The notes under the pieces: model-generated
The model's database searches: none
The model's input: the letters and a program-made list of their open reading frames with translations, nothing else
What the model was told of the DNA's origin: nothing
Shown here: positions 1 through 8,831 of the stretch, piece after piece
Layout of the letters: each line of letters begins with the position of its first letter
Numbering within the stretch: the stretch's first letter is position 1
Made by a program: the position numbers and the translations under genes
NCBI GenBank assembly: GCA_051859245.1
Contig: JBHYGA010000004.1
Location: 640,001 to 704,000, forward strand
Direction of reading: 5' to 3'
DNA length: 64,000 nucleotides
From: Gemmatimonadaceae bacterium
GTDB lineage: Bacteria; Gemmatimonadota; Gemmatimonadetes; Gemmatimonadales; Gemmatimonadaceae

Positions 1-759
1 TTGCACGCGTGCAATAGACTGTGGTGAGCCGGCAGCAAAACTTCGTGACATGGTATCGGCGCCCTCGGGCTCAACCACGTACACCAATGTCGACGGACTC
101 AGTTGCTTGACGGCGCACGCGACACCGCCAGTGAGTCCGCCTCCGCCTGCGGCGACAATCACGGCGTCCAGCGCGTGCCCCGCACTCTGCACTTGCTCAA
201 TGAACTCCAGGCCAACAGACGCTGTGCCGAGCGCGGTTTTCGGTCCTTCGTACGGATGCACGAAGGTCCGACCTTGGGCTGCGGCAATCTCATTGACGCG
301 GGCGAAGGCATCGCTGATTGTGTCGACCAGTTCCACCGTCGCGCCGAGATCCCGACAGAGTTGCACGCGATACGGATTCGCCGTTTTTGGCATAACCACC
401 GTGGCGGACGACCCCAGAATACGCGCGGAATAGCCAAGCGAGATCGCGTGATTTCCGGCTGACACTCCCGTTACGCCTCGAGCCAACTCGTCGGCGGACA
501 GATCGAGCATGACAGACAGCGCTCCGCGCGGCTTGAAACTCCCAGTCCGTTGAAAGAGCTCTTCTTTTAGCCAGAGCCGAGTGTGCGGACCAATCGCGCG
601 TGCGAGTGCGTCGTCGACGAGTTCGCGTACCGGTGTCGTAAAGATCAAGTCGCCAAGCCGATCTCGATTGGCGCGGATCGCGGCGATTGTGGGAAACTCG
701 TACGACGCGTTGGTTGGCGATGTGCCGGGCGCGGTATTCGTCGATGTGGTCATAGCCAT
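1..759 (-). CDS. PLP-dependent threonine/serine dehydratase (3' end runs off the window)
   Basis: Absent from the ORF track because it has no stop inside the window. Manual minus-strand translation from ATG 759 gives ...LWLKEELFQRTGSFKPRGA (PLP lysine motif), SAGNHA, FVHPYEG and AAGGGGL. Confidence 0.9.
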   Translation of the reverse strand, partial: MAMTTSTNTAPGTSPTNASYEFPTIAAIRANRDRLGDLIFTTPVRELVDDALARAIGPHTRLWLKEELFQRTGSFKPRGALSVMLDLSADELARGVTGVSAGNHAISLGYSARILGSSATVVMPKTANPYRVQLCRDLGATVELVDTISDAFARVNEIAAAQGRTFVHPYEGPKTALGTASVGLEFIEQVQSAGHALDAVIVAAGGGGLTGGVACAVKQLSPSTLVYVVEPEGADTMSRSFAAGSPQSIARVQ

Positions 760-849
760 GAACTTCGCACATGGCGTGCCATGTGGCTATAACTCAGGCG
801 TCCCCAACTACGCAAATGCGCTCCTTCCCGTCTCTCACTTTTGCGAATT

Positions 850-1464
850 ATGCGCCGTGTGAGTTTGCTCATTGTATCGCTGTCTGCGCTGGCGTGCACG
901 ACAAACGTCGCGAAACCCAAGCCACACCTGTTGAACGACTACGCGGCAATGGCGGATAGCGCGTTCGTGAATGTTGTGGTGGAGATTCCGGCCGGCACCA
1001 ACGAAAAGTGGCAGGTGAACAAGCGTGACGGTGCGCTGGAGTGGGAGCAGGAGAACGGAGCGCCACGTGTGGTGCAGTATCTGGCGTACCCCGGCAACTA
1101 CGGGATCATTCCGCAAACCCTGTTGCCCTCCGAACTCGGCGGCGACGGTGATCCCCTCGATGTCGTCCTGCTGGGTCCGTCTTACCCGAGGGGAACGGTA
1201 GTACCAGCTCGTGTGATCGGCGTGTTGCGGTTGATCGACCGCGGCGAGCGCGATGACAAGGTCCTGGCGGTTGGTGTGAATGGTCCGCTCAGCGACGCGC
1301 ATACACTGGAGGCGCTTGATGCACGGTATCCTGGCGTGCGCGCAATTCTCGAAACCTGGTTCACGCACTACAAAGGCGTTGGCGTTTCCACGTCAAACGG
1401 CTTCGCGTCGGCCGATTCGGCGATGATGGTGGTGCGCGAGGCCAGTCGGTACTTCAGGCGTTAA
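850..1464 (+). CDS. ppa: Family I inorganic pyrophosphatase with N-terminal lipoprotein signal
   Basis: Motifs EIPAG, YPGNYG, GDGDPLDV, DRGERDDK and HYK. N-terminus MRRVSLLIVSLSALAC has a lipobox. Confidence 0.88.
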   Translation: MRRVSLLIVSLSALACTTNVAKPKPHLLNDYAAMADSAFVNVVVEIPAGTNEKWQVNKRDGALEWEQENGAPRVVQYLAYPGNYGIIPQTLLPSELGGDGDPLDVVLLGPSYPRGTVVPARVIGVLRLIDRGERDDKVLAVGVNGPLSDAHTLEALDARYPGVRAILETWFTHYKGVGVSTSNGFASADSAMMVVREASRYFRR

Positions 1465-2072
1465 GTCGGTCGTACTGGTAGTCCGCGCACAAGTGCCGAT
1501 ACGCCGCGCGCAAAGCCGTCACGCGGACCGCTCGCGCCAAACAGACCAGCTTGCTGCAGTGCGGCGAATCCGTGAAGGTACGCCCACGTCGCGACCGCGG
1601 CGCTTGTGTCGTCGGGATCGTTCGTCAGTTCTCCAACAATACTGAGCAACAGATTCCACAGCGCCTTTCTGGCCGCGCGCGGCGCCGCGTCCCGATCGCT
1701 CGCGATAAACTCGGTTGTAAGCAACTGATAGCGCGCAGGGTGTTCTGACGCGAAGGCCAGGTATGCGTGCGCGGCAATGGACAACGCCGCCGATGATGAC
1801 GAGGATTGCGAATGATCAGTCGACGGGTCCTGGGTGGTCTCAGCCGCGGCCCGGGCTTCCCGGAGCCGCGTCGTGAGCTGCTCGGCCGACCGCTCCGCGA
1901 GCCACTCCTGCAATCCCGCGAGGTCGCCCACGTGCTTGTAGAGCGACGTCGCGCGCACCCCAAGCCGGTCGGCGACCGATCGCATTCCCAAGGCGGCAAC
2001 TCCTTGTTCGTCAAGGATTTGCTCAGCCGCCTCGAGAATGATCGGCAGGGAGAGTTTGGCCGGATACACCAT
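1461..2072 (-). CDS. TetR/AcrR family transcriptional regulator (WHG-like C-terminus)
   Basis: HTH LGMRSVADRLGVRATSLYKH; C-terminal WAYLHGF. Confidence 0.9.
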   Translation of the reverse strand: MVYPAKLSLPIILEAAEQILDEQGVAALGMRSVADRLGVRATSLYKHVGDLAGLQEWLAERSAEQLTTRLREARAAAETTQDPSTDHSQSSSSSAALSIAAHAYLAFASEHPARYQLLTTEFIASDRDAAPRAARKALWNLLLSIVGELTNDPDDTSAAVATWAYLHGFAALQQAGLFGASGPRDGFARGVSALVRGLPVRPT

Positions 2073-2077
2073 AATGT

Positions 2078-2133
2078 ACGGTGTACGTCTTGACGGGTCT
2101 GTCGCAAGGGGTTATCGTCAAAACGTACACCGT
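2078..2133. promoter_or_regulatory. Inverted-repeat operator pair plus sigma70-like promoter between tetR and the DUF4260 gene
   Basis: ACGGTGTACGTCTTGACG (2078-2095) and CGTCAAAACGTACACCGT (2116-2133) match 17/18 as an inverted repeat. TTGACG(2090-2095)-N17-TATCGT(2113-2118) lies on the + strand. Confidence 0.65.
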
Positions 2134-2165
2134 TCTTCTTGGTTCGCCACCTTTGGGAGGTAGTC

Positions 2166-2579
2166 ATGACTGGCAACAACACACTGCTCGACCGAATCAG
2201 CCCGACGCTGTATTTGCGCCTTGAGGGGTTGGTGCTACTGGCCACGGCCACGCTGGCGTACGCCGAACTGGCGGGAGGCCCGGGATGGGGCTGGTTCGCC
2301 CTGGGCTTCTTTCTGCCGGACGTTGCTATGCTGGGGTATGTGGGCGGTCCCAGCCGAGGGGCGCTCGCGTACAATCTGGCGCACACCACGGTGATCCCGG
2401 CCGGACTGCTGGTGAGCGCGTGGTTCGTTGCCAATCCGACCTTGATCAGTGTGGCCTTGATCTGGCTGGCCCACATCGGCTTTGATCGCGTGGCGGGCTA
2501 CGGGCTCAAATGGCCCACCGCGTTTGGCGACACGCATCTCGGGCGCATCGGACGTGGGCGCGCGAAAGCCAGCGGGTGA
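2166..2579 (+). CDS. DUF4260 family membrane protein
   Basis: LRLEGL...PDVAMLGY...YNLAH...WLAHIGFDRVAGYGLK...THLG; GGGAGG RBS before ATG 2166. Confidence 0.85.
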   Translation: MTGNNTLLDRISPTLYLRLEGLVLLATATLAYAELAGGPGWGWFALGFFLPDVAMLGYVGGPSRGALAYNLAHTTVIPAGLLVSAWFVANPTLISVALIWLAHIGFDRVAGYGLKWPTAFGDTHLGRIGRGRAKASG

Positions 2580-2591
2580 CCACATTGTGGC

Positions 2592-3239
2592 GTGCGCTAT
2601 GACCTCGTCTTTTTTGATTTCGACGGCACGTTGGCCGATACCTTTCCGCTGTTCGGGCGCCTGCTGGGCGGCATTGCCGAGCGATTCGCGTTTCGCGCAA
2701 TGTCAGACGCAGAGTTGCAAGCGCTGCGCGGCCGCCCGACGCGCGAGATTCTGTCGAAACTGGGCGTGCCTATCTGGAAGGTGCCCGCGATTATGCGCTA
2801 CGGTCGCCGTCAAATGGCGGCCGCGCAGCAGGACATCAGGCTATTCGCGGGTGTCAACGACTTGCTCCGTACGCTCGCCGCGCGTGGTGTCCGCGTTGCG
2901 ATCGTAAGCTCGAACAGCGAAGACACCGTGCGCGAAACGCTTGGCCCGGAACTGTCGCAATGCGTGAGCGTTTTTTCCTGCGGATCGGCAATGTTCGGCA
3001 AAGCGAGACGTGTTCGTCGCGTGCTGCAGCACCTGCAAGTAACGGCACACCGCGCGGTGCTTGTTGGCGACGAAGAACGCGACATCAGTGCGGCGCGATC
3101 TGCGGGAGTCACCGCCGTAGCCGTTACCTGGGGTTACGCAACACGTGACGCTTTGCAGCACGCTGATCTGCTGGTCTACCGTGTGGAGATGCTCGCCGAG
3201 CTGTTATTGTCGAGTAACGATCGCCTCACCTCACCATAG
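2592..3239 (+). CDS. HAD-family hydrolase (phosphoglycolate phosphatase-like)
   Basis: FDFDGTL motif I, VSSN motif II, GK, VGDEERD motif IV. Confidence 0.88.
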   Translation: MRYDLVFFDFDGTLADTFPLFGRLLGGIAERFAFRAMSDAELQALRGRPTREILSKLGVPIWKVPAIMRYGRRQMAAAQQDIRLFAGVNDLLRTLAARGVRVAIVSSNSEDTVRETLGPELSQCVSVFSCGSAMFGKARRVRRVLQHLQVTAHRAVLVGDEERDISAARSAGVTAVAVTWGYATRDALQHADLLVYRVEMLAELLLSSNDRLTSP

Positions 3240-3251
3240 AATCGCCGCCGA

Positions 3252-3599
3252 ATGCCTGCGAGCAACACCAGTGCCAGCGAATCCAAGCACACCGCGCAAC
3301 GTGTGGCGGCCATTCTGCTCGCGGAGCGTCGTCGTATCGCGATGGCCTTCCGTGCGGCTGACGCGACCACCGCGGAACGCGCTGCAGAGCTGAAAACCCT
3401 CCAGCTGCGACACGACGCGCCCTTTGATGATCTGCTGCGGCTGGGTGTGATTCATCAACACGAGCGACTGTTCTGGTTTGACGAGGCCAAGTATGAAAGC
3501 GCGATTGAACGCCCGCGCTTTCGCTCCGTTGGTATCGTGGTGGTGCTGTTGATCCTCGCGTTGTTCGCGTGGGCGTTTGTGGGCGTGATGACCGCGTAG
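3252..3599 (+). CDS. Hypothetical protein with C-terminal TM helix
   Basis: Follows the HAD gene after a 12-bp gap; hydrophobic C-terminus IVVVLLILALFAWAFVGV. Confidence 0.6.
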   Translation: MPASNTSASESKHTAQRVAAILLAERRRIAMAFRAADATTAERAAELKTLQLRHDAPFDDLLRLGVIHQHERLFWFDEAKYESAIERPRFRSVGIVVVLLILALFAWAFVGVMTA

Positions 3600-4613
3600 T
3601 TACGACTGCCGCTTCGCACGCGCGAGTTCCGCTTCGGCCGCCAGCGATCCAAACGCTGCCCACTGCCCGCCGGCGACAATGCGCGTCCAGATGTCCTGGG
3701 CTTCCTCACTGCGTCCATTGAGCAGATGCCACATGCCCACGCCAAACGCCGTGGTGCTGTTGGCCACGTCCATTTCGCCGGCTGGTGTTGAAGGCATCAC
3801 CGTCGAGACATCAACATTGCCATTGAACAGACGCAGCAGCGCCAGATAGCCGTCGTTTTCAAGCAGCGTGATCGAGTCGTTGACGAACGTGATCGATGCC
3901 TTTGCGTCGGCGTCGCGTCCCAGACGCCGCAGCGTCATATAACGCCAGTAGGCTGTGGCGACACGCAGATCAGGATTCTGTGACACCTTCAGGCATTCGT
4001 CGTACGCGCTGAGCGCCTTGGCAAAGTCGCCGCGCAGAAAATGTGCGAGGCCGAGGTGGTACCAGATGTTGAACTGTGTGGTGCTGAGCGGAATGCCGGC
4101 GGCGTTCGGCGCGCCGTCGGGCTCGATCACGTCGGCCCGTCCGCGTTCAAGCTCGGCGGCTTTGGTGAAATCGGCGATGGCCGGCTCAATGTCGCGGAGC
4201 GTGAGGAAGCGGTGTCCGCGGTGCCGGAGGAATCGTGCGTCTGTGGGGTGCTGCTCAATTCCCCGGGTAAAGGTGGCCACGGCCTCGCGATAGCGGCCGA
4301 GATAGGCCTGACGGCGCCCGAGCCAGATGAGCGAGTCTGGATCATTCGGAGCCGCCGAAACGCCCGCCTCGGCGGCCGCCAGTGCCGCCTCCAGCCGTTC
4401 CCGGGCGGACTCGTTCACCGAGGGTCTCGAGAGCGTGTCACCGAGCAGCGACAACCCTTCCATGGGCCCGGCGGGGAGGCGGTCGGCGGTCAGCGCCGAC
4501 ACCGCTGCAGCGGAGTCCTCACCGGCGTTGGCCGAGTTGGTATTGCTGGCAGAACGGGAGCACGCTGTCGCGACAGCGATCAGGGCGAGGGCGGCGGGGA
4601 GTTGGCGGATCAT
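3600..4613 (-). CDS. TPR-repeat lipoprotein
   Basis: MIRQLPAALALIAVATAC lipobox; TPR-like repeats (LGRRQAYLGRYREA, RGHRFLTLRDIEPAIADF, YHLGLAHFLRGDFAKA). Confidence 0.8.
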   Translation of the reverse strand: MIRQLPAALALIAVATACSRSASNTNSANAGEDSAAAVSALTADRLPAGPMEGLSLLGDTLSRPSVNESARERLEAALAAAEAGVSAAPNDPDSLIWLGRRQAYLGRYREAVATFTRGIEQHPTDARFLRHRGHRFLTLRDIEPAIADFTKAAELERGRADVIEPDGAPNAAGIPLSTTQFNIWYHLGLAHFLRGDFAKALSAYDECLKVSQNPDLRVATAYWRYMTLRRLGRDADAKASITFVNDSITLLENDGYLALLRLFNGNVDVSTVMPSTPAGEMDVANSTTAFGVGMWHLLNGRSEEAQDIWTRIVAGGQWAAFGSLAAEAELARAKRQS

Positions 4614-4711
4614 CGCTGGGTGGGTTGGCGTGGAGAGGTGCGATTCGCAAGATTGCGTCCGATACTTGAAAGGCAAGCACCCGGCGACCGGGTGAGGTCG
4701 ACCTCACGCTC

Positions 4712-5512
4712 ATGTCGAAGACGCTCAAGCTCACATTGGACATTCTGATCGGCGCAGCGCTGCCGATCGTGATCCTCAAGTACGGGACAGCACCCTTCGG
4801 TGTGCTGCCGGCGTACTTGCTGGCGGGACTGATTCCCGTGGCGTGGGTGTTGCTTGACCTGTTCGTCTTTACCCGCCGGTTCAACTTTATCTCGGCGTAC
4901 GGCGGTTGGTCGGCGGTGATGCGTGGCGCGCTGGCCTTCTGGTTCGTGGACGGCGTGCTTTTTGCTTTCAAGGACAGTGCGAGCTACCTGTTCGCGGTGA
5001 TCGTTTTTGGCGGGTCGTTGTTTCTGAGCGCCCCGATCACCCGTGCGATTGCCCTCCAGGGGTTGGCACCGGACACACCTGAGCGTCGGGCCTGGACCGA
5101 TCGTCTGCTGAACGAGCCGCGCGTGAAGCGCGCGTTGTGGAAATCGGCGGCGATTATTGGCGGCACGAATCTCGTGTTTGGTGTGGCGAACTTTTTCATC
5201 AACTGGGCGCTCGTTCGCGAATCGTTTGGTACGGCCGCGTTCAACGATCAGGTGGCGAATGTGAACGCGATCACACGCGTGGCGCTTGTGCTGCCGGATA
5301 TGATCGCGCTGTTCTGGGCGTTCCGTCTGATGTACAAGGCGATTTACGCCGAACTGCCAGCGGCTGAGCAGGTCGATCACCGCCGTGGTGATTTCTGGGC
5401 GCTCGTTCAGCGCCGTGAAGACGCGCTGGCGATTGGCAAGACGGGCGAGCACGACAGTGCGGCGGTTGCGCCGTCGCACGCCGTGGCGGCGCCCGTCTTG
5501 CGGGTTGTGTAA
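4712..5512 (+). CDS. Multi-pass membrane protein, VC0807/septation-protein-A-like
   Basis: About 6 hydrophobic segments; FAFKDS and FNDQVA motifs. Confidence 0.6.
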   Translation: MSKTLKLTLDILIGAALPIVILKYGTAPFGVLPAYLLAGLIPVAWVLLDLFVFTRRFNFISAYGGWSAVMRGALAFWFVDGVLFAFKDSASYLFAVIVFGGSLFLSAPITRAIALQGLAPDTPERRAWTDRLLNEPRVKRALWKSAAIIGGTNLVFGVANFFINWALVRESFGTAAFNDQVANVNAITRVALVLPDMIALFWAFRLMYKAIYAELPAAEQVDHRRGDFWALVQRREDALAIGKTGEHDSAAVAPSHAVAAPVLRVV

Positions 5513-5541
5513 CGCATCTATTGCATCACGCGCGATCGACC

Positions 5542-8328
5542 TTAGCTCTCGCGCATCGCCTCACCTGGATCGACCTGCGAGGCGCGACGCGCCGGCACCC
5601 AGCTGGCGAGTAGCACCACGGTGAGCAGCACCGCCGTTCCGCTCATCAGCACGGCTGGATCAGACGCTTTCACGCCGTAGAGCAGGGACGTCATCAGTCG
5701 CGTACCGGCAAGCGCCGCCAGCAGGCCAAGGCCCACGCCGATCACAGCGAGTGTGGCCGATTGCTTCACAACCAGTTGCACGACCTGTGCTGCGGTAGCG
5801 CCGAGCGCCAAACGCACGCCGATTTCCGTGCGGCGTTGGGTGACAAGATACGAGATGACGCCATACGTGCCGACGGCGCTCAATGTGAGCGCGATGGCCG
5901 CGGCAACCGCGAGCAGTGTGAGAATGAATGATGTGCGTGACATCGAGCGGGCGACGACATCTTCGAGCGCGCGAGGGCGAACGATGGGAATCTGCGCGTC
6001 CATGTTTCGGATCGTTTCGCGAATGGCAGGCAGCACGCTGAACGGATCCGCACCAGACGTGCGAACAAACACGCTGAGATCATTGAGTTCACCGCTTTTT
6101 ACTCCCGCTCGCAATCCGGTTGCGGCGTAGAAGACGGCTTCCGTTGGTGGAACGTCGAGCGCTTCTGCACGCAGCTGCGGAATCACACCAACAACACGGT
6201 ACCACTCCGTGGCGTTCTGTCCGTTGCTGCCGATGCCTCGTCCGATCGGGTCCTCGCCGGGCCAGAGTCGTTCGGCCAGCGCACGCGTGACGACCACCGC
6301 GTGCGATCGTGCCGACACATCGGTCCAGTCGGGCGCGCGACCTTCGATGTTGACACCCAGCGCCTCGAAGTATCCGGGCACGGCAGTGGGCGTGGCGACA
6401 CACGGCGTCTGTTCATTGACGTCATACGGACGGCCCTCACGAAAAACCACTGAGCATCCGGTGCCGAAATCTTCGAGCGGTATGCGGCCCGCACCCACAG
6501 ATACAATGCCCGTGAGCGCCGCCAATCGCTGCTGCAGCTCCTGATGAAAAACGGCCGCCTTTTCGCGCGTATCGTAGCGCGAGAACGGCAGACTCAGCTC
6601 GAACGTCAGCACGCCGCGTGCATCGAAACCCGGTTCCACCGTGCGGAGTGTTTCAAAGCTACGCCACATCAGTCCGGCGCCCGAGAGCAGCACAAGCGTC
6701 AGCGCGAGTTGAGCGACAACAAGTGTTTGCCGTGCGACGCGCTGTCGTTTTGACGCCGACAGTCCACGTCCACCGTCGCGCAAGGTTGCGGTATCGAGGC
6801 CACGGCGGAGAAGTGGCAGCAGTCCGAGCACCAGCGCGAGCAGCACCGCCACCGCCAGCGCAACAATGGCCGAACGCGAGCCGAGCGACACATCCGCTAA
6901 TCGCGGAATGTTCGCCGGTGCGATCGCGATCAAGGCGCGCAACGCGACGACGGCAAAGGCGAGGCCCGCGATTGCAGCGGTCACACACAACAGCAATGTC
7001 TCGGCGAGGTAATGCGCTGCCATGTGCGCGCGGTGCGCGCCCAGCGCCGATCGAATGGCGGATTCACGTCGCCGGGCCTCGAAGCGCAGCAGAAACAGGT
7101 TGCCAACGTTCGCCGCGGCGATGCACAGCACCAGCACAACCGCACCGAAGAGCATCCACAACACGCGCGGCACCGTTGGGCCCAGCACCGCATCTCGAAG
7201 CGGCGCTACATTCACGCGAAAGTTGTACTGCTCCAGAAAGCCTGGTGAATACACATCGGGCAGCGCTTCGGTGACACGTGCAAACAGTGCCCCGAACTCG
7301 CGCTGGGCGTCGTCAACGCTGGCGCCGGCCTTTAGTCGGCCTACACCAACGAAGGGATGATTGTTGTAGAACGGTCCTGCGGCGTCGAGTTGCAGCGGTG
7401 TCCACACATCAACGGACAATCCCGTGAGATTTGCGGATGAAGAAAATGGACCGGGCATCGGCAGCGTGAGTCCGGGTTCAGCAACGCCCACGATTTCAAA
7501 GTTGCCAACATCCGTTTCGAGATTCTGTCCGATGATGGTTCTATCGCCGCCGAACCGTCGCGTGAAGAACTCGTGACTGAGGACGGCCACCGGCGGCGCG
7601 CCTGGCCGATCATCGTCCGGCAGGATAAGCCGACCGTGCGTTGGTTGCGCCTGCAGTACCGAAAAAAGCGACGCCGTCACTCGTCCGACCGCTGCAACGT
7701 CGGCCTGTTCGTTATTGGTGACCGTAAAACCGGAGGCCATATACATCGACAGGTCGGCCAACGTTTGATTCATCCGCCGAAAACCGAAGTAGCCGCCGGG
7801 CGACAGACCCCAGGTGCGCTCGCCGCTTCCGGGAACGGTCGCTGGGTGCATGACGGACACGAGTGCGTTTGCATCGCGATAAGGCAGTGCGCGAAGCACC
7901 ACGGCGTCCAGCACGGTGAAGATGGCTGTTGTTGCACCGAGTCCCATGACCAACGTGACGAAGGCCGCGATGGAGAACCCGCGGTCACGCCACAGCACTC
8001 GCACTGCGCGTTGCAGCTCGCGACGAAAGGTGCGCGCAATTCCGGCGCGTGATCGCTGTTGCAAGGTGGCCGCGTCGATCTCACGGGCGCGTTGCACGTA
8101 CGACGCGTAGTCACCAAAACGCTTGGCGACTTCTGCCTCGGCCAGCTCGCGCGTCATTCCTTGGGCCATGAACTGATCGACCCGCTCGTCAACGTGGAAT
8201 CGGAACTCGGCCTCAATCTCTTCGTTCAGCCGGCTTCGTGCACTCGGCAGCTGAAAGGCACGTTTCGGTTCGTGCGCGGAGCGTGTCGGCTTTGCACGCG
8301 TGTCGGCGTGTTCGTTGTGCTCAGACAT
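5542..8328 (-). CDS. ADOP family duplicated MacB/FtsX-type ABC permease with prefix domain
   Basis: EEIEAEFRFH..ER prefix, LGLGATTAIF, ANVGNL, RRTEIGVRLALGA, PARRASQVDP; duplicated architecture. Confidence 0.92.
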   Translation of the reverse strand: MSEHNEHADTRAKPTRSAHEPKRAFQLPSARSRLNEEIEAEFRFHVDERVDQFMAQGMTRELAEAEVAKRFGDYASYVQRAREIDAATLQQRSRAGIARTFRRELQRAVRVLWRDRGFSIAAFVTLVMGLGATTAIFTVLDAVVLRALPYRDANALVSVMHPATVPGSGERTWGLSPGGYFGFRRMNQTLADLSMYMASGFTVTNNEQADVAAVGRVTASLFSVLQAQPTHGRLILPDDDRPGAPPVAVLSHEFFTRRFGGDRTIIGQNLETDVGNFEIVGVAEPGLTLPMPGPFSSSANLTGLSVDVWTPLQLDAAGPFYNNHPFVGVGRLKAGASVDDAQREFGALFARVTEALPDVYSPGFLEQYNFRVNVAPLRDAVLGPTVPRVLWMLFGAVVLVLCIAAANVGNLFLLRFEARRRESAIRSALGAHRAHMAAHYLAETLLLCVTAAIAGLAFAVVALRALIAIAPANIPRLADVSLGSRSAIVALAVAVLLALVLGLLPLLRRGLDTATLRDGGRGLSASKRQRVARQTLVVAQLALTLVLLSGAGLMWRSFETLRTVEPGFDARGVLTFELSLPFSRYDTREKAAVFHQELQQRLAALTGIVSVGAGRIPLEDFGTGCSVVFREGRPYDVNEQTPCVATPTAVPGYFEALGVNIEGRAPDWTDVSARSHAVVVTRALAERLWPGEDPIGRGIGSNGQNATEWYRVVGVIPQLRAEALDVPPTEAVFYAATGLRAGVKSGELNDLSVFVRTSGADPFSVLPAIRETIRNMDAQIPIVRPRALEDVVARSMSRTSFILTLLAVAAAIALTLSAVGTYGVISYLVTQRRTEIGVRLALGATAAQVVQLVVKQSATLAVIGVGLGLLAALAGTRLMTSLLYGVKASDPAVLMSGTAVLLTVVLLASWVPARRASQVDPGEAMRES

Positions 8329-8666
8329 CAGACTCCCTCAGCGGAAAGAATCATGCCGACCGCGGCTGTATAGCGAGACCAGCGTGAGACTTCAGTACCG
8401 AGTTGCCGGCGTCCGGCTGGCGTGAGGCGATAGTATTTCGCCCGCCTGTTGTTTTCAGTGGTGCCCCACTCGGCGCGGAGAAACCCGCGCTGTTCAAGGC
8501 GGTGCAGTGCCGGATACAGCGCGCCTTCTTCTACCAGCAGCTGGCCTTGCGTCTGCTGTTCAATCCACCGAAAGATGCCGAGCCCATGCATTGGGCCCCA
8601 GCTCAGCGTTTTGAGCAGGATGAGGTCGAAGGTGCCGCGAATGAGTTCCAGATCCGTGCGAGTCAT
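8328..8666 (-). CDS. PadR family transcriptional regulator (ADOP-associated type)
   Basis: GTFDLILLKTL, EEGALYPALHRLE, NNRRAKYYRLT; its stop overlaps the permease start. Confidence 0.93.
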   Translation of the reverse strand: MTRTDLELIRGTFDLILLKTLSWGPMHGLGIFRWIEQQTQGQLLVEEGALYPALHRLEQRGFLRAEWGTTENNRRAKYYRLTPAGRRQLGTEVSRWSRYTAAVGMILSAEGV

Positions 8667-8670
8667 GGTC

Positions 8671-8695
8671 TCTCCCCTGAGGTTCTTAGGTGAGA
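8671..8695. promoter_or_regulatory. Putative PadR autoregulatory operator
   Basis: TCTCCCCTGAG-GTT-CTTAGGTGAGA is an imperfect inverted repeat (9/11) overlapping the padR RBS. Confidence 0.5.
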
Positions 8696-8831
8696 CAGCG
8701 CGACCGTGAGAATGGTTTGAAGGGGGGGTGGCTGGTGCAACGGCCGATTCGGGTGCAATGTTGCGCGGCTCACGCGCCTTGCGTCTGCTAGCTGACGCGC
8801 CTCTCGCCTCTCGCTCCCTCCCCCGACACCT

